Virus record (IMG/VR): IMGVR_UViG_3300010413_000009
Location: 17,629 to 81,628 of that record
Strand: one strand, 5' to 3'
Origin: a virus
Length of the DNA: 64,000 bases
Shown: one piece after another, positions 36,570 through 44,229 of the stretch
Position numbering within the stretch: position 1 is the stretch's first letter
Layout: each line of letters begins with the position of its first letter
Translations under genes and position numbers: made by a program
The notes under the pieces: model-generated
What the model saw: the letters and a program-made list of their open reading frames with translations, nothing else
The model's database searches: none
What the model was told of the DNA's origin: nothing

Positions 36570-36631
36570 ATCCTGATGGTTGGTAAGGAACCAATGGTGA
36601 TGCCGCTCTAGCTTCTGAGCTACCCCATAGT
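36570..36631 (-). ncRNA. tRNA 5'-half-like element (acceptor 5' strand, D-arm, anticodon-like arm) with no T-arm downstream.
   Basis: TATGGGG-TA-GCTC-AGAAGCTA-GAGC then TGGTT-CCTTACC-AACCA. Its acceptor strand is exactly complementary to the 3' fragment at 36723-36746. Confidence 0.35.
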
Positions 36632-36640
36632 GAATAAGAT

Positions 36641-36714
36641 CCGGTGGTGGGAATCGAACCCACATGCTTCGATTTACAAAACCGACGCCATTGCCGTGTC
36701 AGCCACACCGGAGT
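36641..36714 (-). tRNA. tRNA, anticodon undetermined.
   Basis: Perfect acceptor TCCGGTG/CACCGGA and T-arm GTGGG-TTCGATT-CCCAC. Confidence 0.5.
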
Positions 36715-36722
36715 GAAAAAGT

Positions 36723-36746
36723 TATGGGGGGAGGACTTGAACCTCC
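36723..36746 (-). ncRNA. tRNA 3'-half-like element (T-arm GGAGG-TTCAAGT-CCTCC plus acceptor 3' strand CCCCATA).
   Basis: No 5' half upstream; it complements the 5' fragment at 36570-36631 on the far side of the intact tRNA at 36641..36714. Confidence 0.35.
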
Positions 36747-36808
36747 GACGCACATCATTGAACAGTTCCTACCTGCGCTAAATCTGAATTTGAGCTTGTT
36801 TTCGCCAG

Positions 36809-37573
36809 TTACGCGCTTTTCACGTCACCGGCGTTCGCCTTTCCTTCAAGGATGTATTCGAACAGCGGCCGGGCGACCTCAACGTCCTCGACCTTGGCCT
36901 CGTTGGCCTGCTCGCGCGCGAGTTTGACAGCTTCTATGAGCTTCTCAACACGCTCTAGCATCTCGTCCTTGTCCTTGGCCGGAATCCGACCGGACATAGA
37001 AACGGAATGCCACTCGCCGACGACGATGTCCTCGTCATATCGCTCGGTCTGCGCCGGGTGCTTGTCGGTCGCCGGGTATTTCACCAGCGTGTTCGGCACT
37101 TTCCGTGTCCTGATCTTACGCTGCGGCGGGGCTATAAAGCAACCCTTGTTTGGGTCGTCGACCCAGGTTTCCGCGGCATCCAGGACAGGCAAATGCTTGA
37201 TGAACGTACGGACGTCGGTCAGGTGTTTCTCGAGGAACAACAGGTGCGTGACCGGTACATCAGCCAGAATCGTCCTGCCGTCGATCCTGATCGTACCACG
37301 CGCCGCGCAGTTCGCGGTGTCTTGCGTCGCAGTGATGTTCAGCAATTTGGTCCAGTGCCTCAGCGCGCCGTCCAGGCAGCTCTTCCACGTCACCTGGATG
37401 TTCTTGGATTCCGGCGGCAGCACATGCTCGTCTTCACGTTCGGTATGGTACGTGCGCACGAATCCGTCGAAGAGCACGGGCTTTTGAACCTGCTTGTAGA
37501 TGTCGGTGACGGCATCACGCGTACGGGTCCGCTGCCCGTTCGCAATCGCGATGATTTGTGCCAGTTTTGGCAT
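36809..37573 (-). CDS. Hypothetical protein.
   Basis: 254-aa coding-like ORF. Confidence 0.55.
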   Translation of the reverse strand: MPKLAQIIAIANGQRTRTRDAVTDIYKQVQKPVLFDGFVRTYHTEREDEHVLPPESKNIQVTWKSCLDGALRHWTKLLNITATQDTANCAARGTIRIDGRTILADVPVTHLLFLEKHLTDVRTFIKHLPVLDAAETWVDDPNKGCFIAPPQRKIRTRKVPNTLVKYPATDKHPAQTERYDEDIVVGEWHSVSMSGRIPAKDKDEMLERVEKLIEAVKLAREQANEAKVEDVEVARPLFEYILEGKANAGDVKSA

Positions 37574-37742
37574 CAGGTGTACTTCCGAAACTCTCTCTCT
37601 CGGAGACGCGCCCGATCGCGCATCTCCCTTTCGTCTTTGGCCTTAAAGCGGCCGCCTGCATTCCCCATCCACCGATGGGGAGTACAAAGCGTACAACGGA
37701 CCTTACGCTTTGATTTACCGTTCGTCTTGCGTCTTGGCATGG
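37573..37742 (-). CDS. Small basic protein (MPRRKTNGKSKRKVRCTLCTPHRWMGN...), under 60 aa so absent from the ORF track.
   Basis: ATG at 37742; stop overlaps the ATG of the 36809..37573 gene (ATGA). Confidence 0.4.
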
Positions 37743-37745
37743 TCG

Positions 37746-37934
37746 TTACGGCGACTGAGTACTGCCGAGAACGATCACATCGCCCTCGGTATTAGCTGCA
37801 ACCTTCTCTACCATTTCGGCGCGCCGGTTGCAGTTGGCGATAGACCCGCGCTCGATCGCGAGGGTCGCAGCCACGATCACGACTGCAGAGCAAATCATAC
37901 CCGTGCAAGCCATCACCACGTGCTTCCATTCCAC
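37746..37934 (-). CDS. Small single-pass membrane protein (paralogue of 38517..38765).
   Basis: MEWKHVVMACTGMICSAVVIVAATLAI versus MNWKGAITACVGILSFAAIVITITLSV. Confidence 0.45.
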   Translation of the reverse strand: MEWKHVVMACTGMICSAVVIVAATLAIERGSIANCNRRAEMVEKVAANTEGDVIVLGSTQSP

Positions 37935-38099
37935 AGCGTTCTCCTTTTTTGATCACATCAACAAAATGTCAGGCCGGGTTACCCCTCCGGCTCCTTGTGC
38001 TTATCAGATCCGGCGGGCCATTAAACCACCATCCGATCCGACTTCCTCCCCCTCCCAGACGGGGCTCCGACCTGCACCGGCACCGCGTCTCTGACAAAT

Positions 38100-38169
38100 A
38101 GCCCGCCAGGGACTTGAACCCCGATGTCGTGAGTCAGAGTCACGCGCCTTTGCCATTAGGCCAACGGGC
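38100..38169 (-). tRNA. tRNA-Gln (CTG).
   Basis: Perfect anticodon arm CGTGA-CTCTGAC-TCACG, T-loop TTCAAGT, acceptor GCCCGTT/GGCGGGC with two GU pairs. Confidence 0.5.
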
Positions 38170-38340
38170 ATCAGTTTCAGTATCCGACAACGGCGGATCC
38201 GTTCGATCGTCTGTCACTTCCAGCGTTTCTGAAATTCCACGGACACGTAACACACATGCGCCGTCGACACATACCCATACGCGCTGTCCCTGCCAGTCGA
38301 TTCGGATTCCTACCCCTTTGACGTCCTTGAATTCTTGCAT
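38140..38340 (-). CDS. Small hypothetical protein; the 3' end overlaps the tRNA-Gln call.
   Basis: MQEFKDVKGVGIRIDWQGQRVWVCVDGACVLRVRG...; the overlap with the tRNA makes one of the two calls imprecise. Confidence 0.3.
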   Translation of the reverse strand: MQEFKDVKGVGIRIDWQGQRVWVCVDGACVLRVRGISETLEVTDDRTDPPLSDTETDARWPNGKGA

Positions 38341-38433
38341 CGATCCTCCTTTAGTGTAAGGAAAAGGCCGGCGGCACGCCAGGTGCCGCCGGCCCGGCCC
38401 AAATGCATCCATGCATGGTTGTTTCCTTGTAAG

Positions 38434-38504
38434 CCGCCCGGGCGGGAGTCGAACCCACGCTGCATGGTCCAAAGCCACACGTCCTTCCGTTGGACTACCG
38501 GGCA
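38434..38504 (-). tRNA. tRNA-Gln (TTG).
   Basis: D-arm GTCC-AACGGAA-GGAC, anticodon loop CTTTGGA, T-loop TTCGACT, acceptor TGCCCGG/CCGGGCG. Confidence 0.55.
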
Positions 38505-38516
38505 GTACATCCGTGC

Positions 38517-38765
38517 TTATGGCATCGGGCTATTGAATATGACAACGCGGCCGTCTGATTCGATGATCTTTTCGACCAGCGCAGTCTGGCGCGCGTTCTT
38601 GAGCTCCTCGGCACGCGCCTGACACTCGTTCTTGAGTTCCTCGGCACGCGCCCGCTGCTCATTACTGCGCAGATCAACGTATGCAACGCTGAGCGTTATC
38701 GTGATTACGATGGCCGCAAACGAAAGAATCCCGACGCACGCCGTGATAGCTCCTTTCCAGTTCAT
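38517..38765 (-). CDS. Small single-pass membrane protein with a coiled-coil tail.
   Basis: Hydrophobic N-terminus followed by repeated RARAEELKN. Confidence 0.5.
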   Translation of the reverse strand: MNWKGAITACVGILSFAAIVITITLSVAYVDLRSNEQRARAEELKNECQARAEELKNARQTALVEKIIESDGRVVIFNSPMP

Positions 38766-38839
38766 ACAAGTCCTCCTTTTGATTGAACTATCAGGCCATA
38801 TCCATGATGGCTCTCAGTAAGGCCGGTATCGCCAGCCAG

Positions 38840-38911
38840 CGACCCGTGTGGGAGTCGAACCCGACCTGCGCAGCGTGAAAGACTGCTGACCTCCCCGAAG
38901 TCTAACGGGCC
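38840..38911 (-). tRNA. tRNA-Glu (TTC).
   Basis: Anticodon arm GCAGT-CTTTCAC-GCTGC, T-loop TTCGACT, acceptor GGCCCGT/ACGGGTC. Confidence 0.55.
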
Positions 38912-39073
38912 AAAGACGACGGGTCCGCTTCGGCGAAGATTCCCGGCAAATGCCGGAATTCCCAATCCGGCCCTAATGGCCGGCGCATAGCGTTAATGGG
39001 CTGGCTCCTGCGCTAGGCGGTTCCCGTCGTATGATCTCAAAGGCACAGCAGGTTGCAGCACCCGCTCTGACAT

Positions 39074-39259
39074 CCGTTACATATTGCACGATTCGCGACT
39101 CGCACAATACGTCTCGCACCCGCAGACGGGCCTGCGGGAATCGCGGCGAGTTCACAGTGCCAGCAACATAGCTACAACCTGCTGTGGAAACGCCGCCCGG
39201 GATCGGAATTGGCACCTCCCGGCCATTCGGGTGCGACCCATCCGTGACATATTGTACGA
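39074..39259. repeat. 18-nt imperfect direct repeat (CCGTTACATATTGCACGA at 39074-39091; CCGTGACATATTGTACGA at 39242-39259) flanking a GC-rich hairpin-dense noncoding segment.
   Basis: 16/18 identity read directly from the sequence. Confidence 0.5.
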
Positions 39260-39276
39260 CGCCTTGGAAATTGGAG

Positions 39277-39348
39277 CTGTCCGAGTAGGACTTGAACCTA
39301 CAACCGCCGCATTAACAGTGCGGAGCTCTGCCATTGAGCTACCGGACA
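39277..39348 (-). tRNA. tRNA-Asn (GTT).
   Basis: D-arm GCTC-AATGGCA-GAGC, anticodon arm CCGCA-CTGTTAA-TGCGG, T-arm GTAGG-TTCAAGT-CCTAC, acceptor TGTCCGG/TCGGACA. Confidence 0.7.
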
Positions 39349-39382
39349 GTAACTTAGCCTTGCCATGGACTGACCCTCCAAG

Positions 39383-39452
39383 CAGGCCAGTAAGGATTCG
39401 AACCCTATCCGTCCGGGTTGGAACCGGAGTCCTCTCCCAGGAGAACTGACCT
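39383..39452 (-). tRNA. tRNA-Trp (CCA).
   Basis: Perfect anticodon arm TCCGG-TTCCAAC-CCGGA, T-arm TAGGG-TTCGAAT-CCTTA, acceptor AGGTCAG/CTGGCCT. Confidence 0.65.
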
Positions 39453-39621
39453 AATAAGCGCCCCGACGGGGTTACGCTCCCCGTTCTTCGGATAGACAGT
39501 CCGATGTCTTGCCTAGTGGACCACCGGGGCGTTTGGGATACAGGCCTGTGCAGAGCCTGTAACTACAGCTCGGGTCACTGTATCCCTAGGAAGTGATGCC
39601 AGGCTTGATAGCCTTGCTCCA

Positions 39622-39816
39622 TCACCCCTTCTTTTTCTTGCTCGCTGCTGGCTTTGTGGGACCAAGTGTGACGCCACTGATGTATTCTCTGGGCGGCTTA
39701 CACACGGTGCATCGCCATCCTTTAACAGTCTGGTTCATCACACGCATTTTATGTCCGTATCGACGGTCCTGATACGGATGCTCGCACACGCATGGTTTAA
39801 TCGCGGTTGGCATCAC
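39622..39816 (-). CDS. Small zinc-finger protein.
   Basis: CVCEHP...CTVCKPP; Lys-rich C-terminus. Confidence 0.45.
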   Translation of the reverse strand: MMPTAIKPCVCEHPYQDRRYGHKMRVMNQTVKGWRCTVCKPPREYISGVTLGPTKPAASKKKKG

Positions 39817-39968
39817 TTCCTCCTATCCTCATGCTCTGGGCAGTACCACGGCGCCGGTGTCAGCACGCGCCGCGGACTTCGCTTCCTGCATACAGCACAA
39901 TGCAGCCGTTTGCCACGCTGTGCAGTCTTCGGCCTTTTAGCCTGCTTCGCCGCATAATGTCTGGACAT
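39813..39968 (-). CDS. Small basic zinc-finger protein.
   Basis: HCAVCRK...YCPEH; ATGA overlap downstream; start placed just after the tRNA at 39972. Confidence 0.35.
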   Translation of the reverse strand: MSRHYAAKQAKRPKTAQRGKRLHCAVCRKRSPRRVLTPAPWYCPEHEDRRK

Positions 39969-39971
39969 AAG

Positions 39972-40042
39972 TGGTAGCCCTGTGAATCGAACGCAGCACA
40001 ACGCGCTTATCAGACGTGTCCGGGCACCAGCCCTCGACTACC
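39972..40042 (-). tRNA. tRNA, anticodon undetermined.
   Basis: Acceptor GGTAGTC/GGCTACC (one GU), T-arm CTGCG-TTCGATT-CACAG. Confidence 0.45.
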
Positions 40043-40103
40043 AAAATTGGTGGGGCCCGAAGGCCCCACCCAACCCAAAGAGGAGTATCTCTCCCTGTCC
40101 AGA

Positions 40104-40991
40104 CTACCGGCCGCGGCCTTGGGTGGCGGCCTGTGCCTGTGTTTTCATCGAATCCTGCAGCGTCGACAGCGCCTGGCGCTGCGACGATGCCTCGACCGCC
40201 TTCGAAGCGATCTCGCGCGCATCGTTGCGCGCGGATTCCAGTTCCTTCTCCCGCGCGTGTAGTTGTATCTGCAGACTGCTGATCTGTTTTGACAATGCTT
40301 CGGCCTGGGCCGCCGCCAACGCAGCTGCCGCCTCGGCGTCCTTCTTGAGCAACGCCTTCTCGTGTCCGAACACGCGCGAAAGCGAGTCGGTGACTTCCTT
40401 CTTGGCCGCCTCTACAGCCTCCTCGATCTTCGCGGGGATACTGTCTACTGCGGCCTCAAGATCTGCCACCTTTTCTTCACGCGCACGAAGCTCTTCAAGC
40501 TCTTGGCTGATCGCACGATGCGCATCAGCGGCCCTGATGGACTCCTCACGCTGCCGTGCCTCGGACAGTGCCTTCAGCTGGGCGGCGTCGCGGAGATCGC
40601 GTTGCTCCACCTCATACTTGTGCTCTTCCGATTCGCGCTGCCACACCCGCAGCCGTTCCTCGCGCTCTTCGGCATGCTTCTTTCTCAGCCGTTCGGTGTT
40701 TTCAGCCGCGGCCTCTTCAGCCTGCGTTACACGCTCAGCAATTTCGTCGAGCGTATCGGCATTGACCTCGATCTCATGAATGTCCTTTAGCTCCTGCTTC
40801 CTAGCCTCGATCGCTGTCTCGAGATCGCGCAGCTCGGTAACCTTGCCCGTCAAGGTCACGCCAAGCGCCGCCAGCGTTGATTGTACGCTGGTCTGCACAG
40901 TACCGACTTGCTCAAGAATCTTCTTGACGTCGGCCTCCGAAACGGCCTTGAGGGCCGCTTCCACGTCGGTCTTCTTGCGACGTGTTGCCAA
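40104..40991 (-). CDS. Coiled-coil protein (Ala/Glu/Arg-rich).
   Basis: 295-aa ORF with heptad-like composition throughout. Confidence 0.55.
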   Translation of the reverse strand: MATRRKKTDVEAALKAVSEADVKKILEQVGTVQTSVQSTLAALGVTLTGKVTELRDLETAIEARKQELKDIHEIEVNADTLDEIAERVTQAEEAAAENTERLRKKHAEEREERLRVWQRESEEHKYEVEQRDLRDAAQLKALSEARQREESIRAADAHRAISQELEELRAREEKVADLEAAVDSIPAKIEEAVEAAKKEVTDSLSRVFGHEKALLKKDAEAAAALAAAQAEALSKQISSLQIQLHAREKELESARNDAREIASKAVEASSQRQALSTLQDSMKTQAQAATQGRGR

Positions 40992-41047
40992 GTTGCTAAC
41001 TCCGACAAACTCTGCGAAAAAAGGCGCCGACGTCGGCGCCTATGAAG

Positions 41048-41120
41048 TGGGGGCGGTAGGATTTGAACCTACGGTCTTCAGCGTATGAAGCTGATGAGTT
41101 GGCCACTACTCTACGCCCCA
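41048..41120 (-). tRNA. tRNA-Met (CAT) with a mismatched 1:72 pair (initiator-like feature).
   Basis: D-arm GAGT-AGTGGCCA-ACTC, perfect anticodon arm TCAGC-TTCATAC-GCTGA, T-arm GTAGG-TTCAAAT-CCTAC, acceptor TGGGGCG/CGCCCCC (U1xC72). Confidence 0.65.
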
Positions 41121-41150
41121 GCAGTGGTGGCCATTATAAACTATGGCAGA

Positions 41151-41429
41151 TTATTCGTCCAGCTCGTTCCTGACGCTGCCAGGCACAAGGCTAAGAAAGT
41201 AGTTCGTCTTGGAAATGATCCGATGTATGTGGCGCACTTGCGCGGATGTCACAGAATGCGCCGACTCGAGCCTTGCGACGTGCTTTAACTCGCGTACAGC
41301 CTGAATGCTCTCGTACACGAATTGGTTGACTCTTGCCTCTGATGGCAAGTAAACAGCCAATGGTTCCAGGTCTTCGAGCTTCTGGAGTGCAGCACCGCAC
41401 AGTCGTATCATAGTCTTGGGTGTCATCAT
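41151..41429 (-). CDS. Hypothetical protein.
   Basis: 92-aa ORF; ATGA overlap with the upstream large gene. Confidence 0.5.
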   Translation of the reverse strand: MMTPKTMIRLCGAALQKLEDLEPLAVYLPSEARVNQFVYESIQAVRELKHVARLESAHSVTSAQVRHIHRIISKTNYFLSLVPGSVRNELDE

Positions 41430-44206
41430 TCTCCTCCAATCACCGAAAGTTGATGTCGTGAAGCGCGACAGGTTTCAATCTGCCGGTTCCACCAGGACTC
41501 GATGATCAACCACCCAGCTTCCTTATTGTACAAGCACTCGCGATCTAACGCATTACTAATTTGCAGTGCTGAGGTAATGCGCCCGGGATCAGGCAGCATG
41601 AGTTTATGCTTGAGAAGCACCTGATCGAGCGCCTCGCGAGAGAGAAAAACGCCAGGCGCTTGGGCTGCATCGTCGATCAGCACCACCTTGGGTGCCCGCA
41701 CACGATCCGCCTCGGAGTTATGCACAAAGCGCAGCGCGCCAGTTTCGATGAACTTGTACAGCAGCGTAATCAGATGTCTGGCGCGATATTGCACATCGAA
41801 GGAACCGTCATCAACGTATGCGGCGCCCATATGCACCACATGCGCATTGCCGTAGTCCTCCATCATCTTCGCGAGGCTGCGGGCCACACGAAAGACGTAT
41901 GGATCATCGCCATCCAATTCAAGCTTGTCACGACACATCCGCTCCAGCCATGTGGGCAATACGTACGGCCCGTGGCTGCGTATCTCCGGGCTCGGCGGAA
42001 TCGGTTGGTCTTCGTGGATGAATCGCCAGGAATCCAGTGTGGCTGCTAGATCTGCATAATCCCGGGTCATGTGCAGGATCGCGTTGCGATTGTAATCGCC
42101 ATTCTGCCACGGACCAAGCAGTGTACGCGACGAGCCGTGCCGGTCGCAGTTAATGATCAACGGCCATGCGTGTCGCTCCAGCACCATCTCGATGCGTGCC
42201 GCCACCTTACTACCCTGGTGCGCTGTAGCGCCGCCTACGCGTATCTCTTTGCAGCCATGCGTCCGGGCGGTAGCACGGCCTAACAGGAGCCCTCCATGCC
42301 CAAGTAGGCCCAATCCTGCGACACGCTGACCCATCGCGGGCGCCAAGATATTGGCGGCCACGCAGGATGTGACGGCCCAAAAGAGCCTGTTTGCTGGTGA
42401 ATCCCGCAACAGCGGCTTGAGGTCGACTAATCCGGCGGGAGGCGACAGGTGTCTGCCTGGCGCCCAGTCGTCGACAACCTGCGCCCGTTGCTCTTTCACC
42501 TGCCCGCCGACATGTACTGAAAATCGCGGCAACATGAAACACGATTGCTGAGGCTTCCAGCCAAAACGTCCGTCTTCGCTGACAACCTCCGGCTCGTGAA
42601 ACTGGCGCGCGATATCCAGCAAAGCGTTATTCCAACCGCGCTTGACCACGACAAGTTTCTGCGCCTTAGCCAGCATCTGTTTGCGCAACCAGCTACCGGG
42701 ATCATGTTCGATGCGGTCGATAGTGTCATGGAAGTCGTATGATTCGCTTCCATATAGAATCCGGCCAGTTACGTAGATATCGGCATCGGGATCATCCGCC
42801 ATGCACAGAATCTTCTCCATGCGGATGATGGCGTTAGTGATGCACTCCTCGCGCTTGCCCGCGGTGTACCACCCCGATTCTGTCTCGACGATGTCCTTAC
42901 TGTTGACTCGTACCGTACCCAACAACTGCACTTTGTGTCGACTGCGGTCTAGCAGTCGCGCAACAGTCGCACCGCAGTTTGCTCTGAACTGCTGCATTAT
43001 CTCTGGTGCGATGCGCAACCCACTAAGCAATGAGACTGCCGCTGCATCATCAAGCCCGCGCAGATAGCTTTCGAGCGCTACCTGCCAATCCATCGCATTC
43101 TTCTGGATCAGCGCCAGCCATTCGTGCGGTGGCTGCCGGCCGACATACAGCGGCAGGCGACTGACGTATACACGCCCGTTAGCCCGCGCCGCCATATTGA
43201 ACAAGTCTGCCGATAACGTCGCTCCCCAGAAAATGAATTTCTTGTCGGGGCGGGAGCGCCAGATGTTATAAGAGACGAGTTCCCGGATGTTTGTATTCCG
43301 CTTGACTTTGGCGTTATAGGTACCAACGACGGGCAACGGAAGGTCAGAGTCACGCGCGTGCCTGGACTGCAACCGCAGGGCCAGCAATGGATCGTTGAAA
43401 ACGAACACATTATCGCCGAACCGCTCACCATACGCCGTTCGCATGTCCAGCGTGTTGTACATGCATACGCCGATTTCGATCAAATCGTCCCACCGACTGT
43501 ACGAGTCGATGATCTGGAAATCGTAATCGACATTCGGGCGCCCCTGACGCCCAACGAATAACCATCCAGCGAACTGGCCGGGTAACGTATTGAACGGGAT
43601 TGTGACAACATCGTGCCAGCCTTTGCCCTTAAACAGCCGGGCACCGTTGGACATTTCCGCACGTGTTTCCCGCGGCCGATAGAACGCATCGTATACGCGT
43701 TTGCAGCTGGCGCCGCCAATGAATTGCCCCATGCGCGTGGGCCAATGCGATCGTACATGCTCAGCCGATATGCCAATCTGCTGCAAGATATAATCAACAT
43801 TGACGCGGCCGGCGTGAATCGCTGCGCTTGCGTCCTCTAGCAGTGCAGCGCAGTTGCGTTGAACTCGTGTGTGCCAATGAACGTACGCCTTGATGCGCTC
43901 GTCCGTCATCAATTCCTCTGGAATCGTCGCCCCCAGATCTGCCAGCTTCTGTACGGTAGTGGCGACGGCGCATTTCCAGTACCTTGCTGCCAATGATATC
44001 AGATCGCCAGTGGATTTGCAGTCCGGACAATGATGCCAATTGCCGCCGAATCTGGTATCATCAAAGATCGTCAGGCGAGGCCCGTGGCACAGCGGGCACT
44101 CGGTATGTGTGGGTATGGCCCCGCTACCTGCTGCAACGTCTAACAATGGCAGCACTTGGTGTTGATCTACGTAGGCATTGAGCGAGCGGTGCCGCCCCAT
44201 AATCAA
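41426..44206 (-). CDS. Large (926 aa) hypothetical protein with an N-terminal Cys4 zinc-ribbon (primase-zinc-finger-like).
   Basis: CPLCHG...CPDCKS at the N-terminus; no Walker A found; function unknown. Confidence 0.6.
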   Translation of the reverse strand: MIMGRHRSLNAYVDQHQVLPLLDVAAGSGAIPTHTECPLCHGPRLTIFDDTRFGGNWHHCPDCKSTGDLISLAARYWKCAVATTVQKLADLGATIPEELMTDERIKAYVHWHTRVQRNCAALLEDASAAIHAGRVNVDYILQQIGISAEHVRSHWPTRMGQFIGGASCKRVYDAFYRPRETRAEMSNGARLFKGKGWHDVVTIPFNTLPGQFAGWLFVGRQGRPNVDYDFQIIDSYSRWDDLIEIGVCMYNTLDMRTAYGERFGDNVFVFNDPLLALRLQSRHARDSDLPLPVVGTYNAKVKRNTNIRELVSYNIWRSRPDKKFIFWGATLSADLFNMAARANGRVYVSRLPLYVGRQPPHEWLALIQKNAMDWQVALESYLRGLDDAAAVSLLSGLRIAPEIMQQFRANCGATVARLLDRSRHKVQLLGTVRVNSKDIVETESGWYTAGKREECITNAIIRMEKILCMADDPDADIYVTGRILYGSESYDFHDTIDRIEHDPGSWLRKQMLAKAQKLVVVKRGWNNALLDIARQFHEPEVVSEDGRFGWKPQQSCFMLPRFSVHVGGQVKEQRAQVVDDWAPGRHLSPPAGLVDLKPLLRDSPANRLFWAVTSCVAANILAPAMGQRVAGLGLLGHGGLLLGRATARTHGCKEIRVGGATAHQGSKVAARIEMVLERHAWPLIINCDRHGSSRTLLGPWQNGDYNRNAILHMTRDYADLAATLDSWRFIHEDQPIPPSPEIRSHGPYVLPTWLERMCRDKLELDGDDPYVFRVARSLAKMMEDYGNAHVVHMGAAYVDDGSFDVQYRARHLITLLYKFIETGALRFVHNSEADRVRAPKVVLIDDAAQAPGVFLSREALDQVLLKHKLMLPDPGRITSALQISNALDRECLYNKEAGWLIIESWWNRQIETCRASRHQLSVIGGE

Positions 44207-44229
44207 TTCTCCGGTACAGGAACTTTCAT

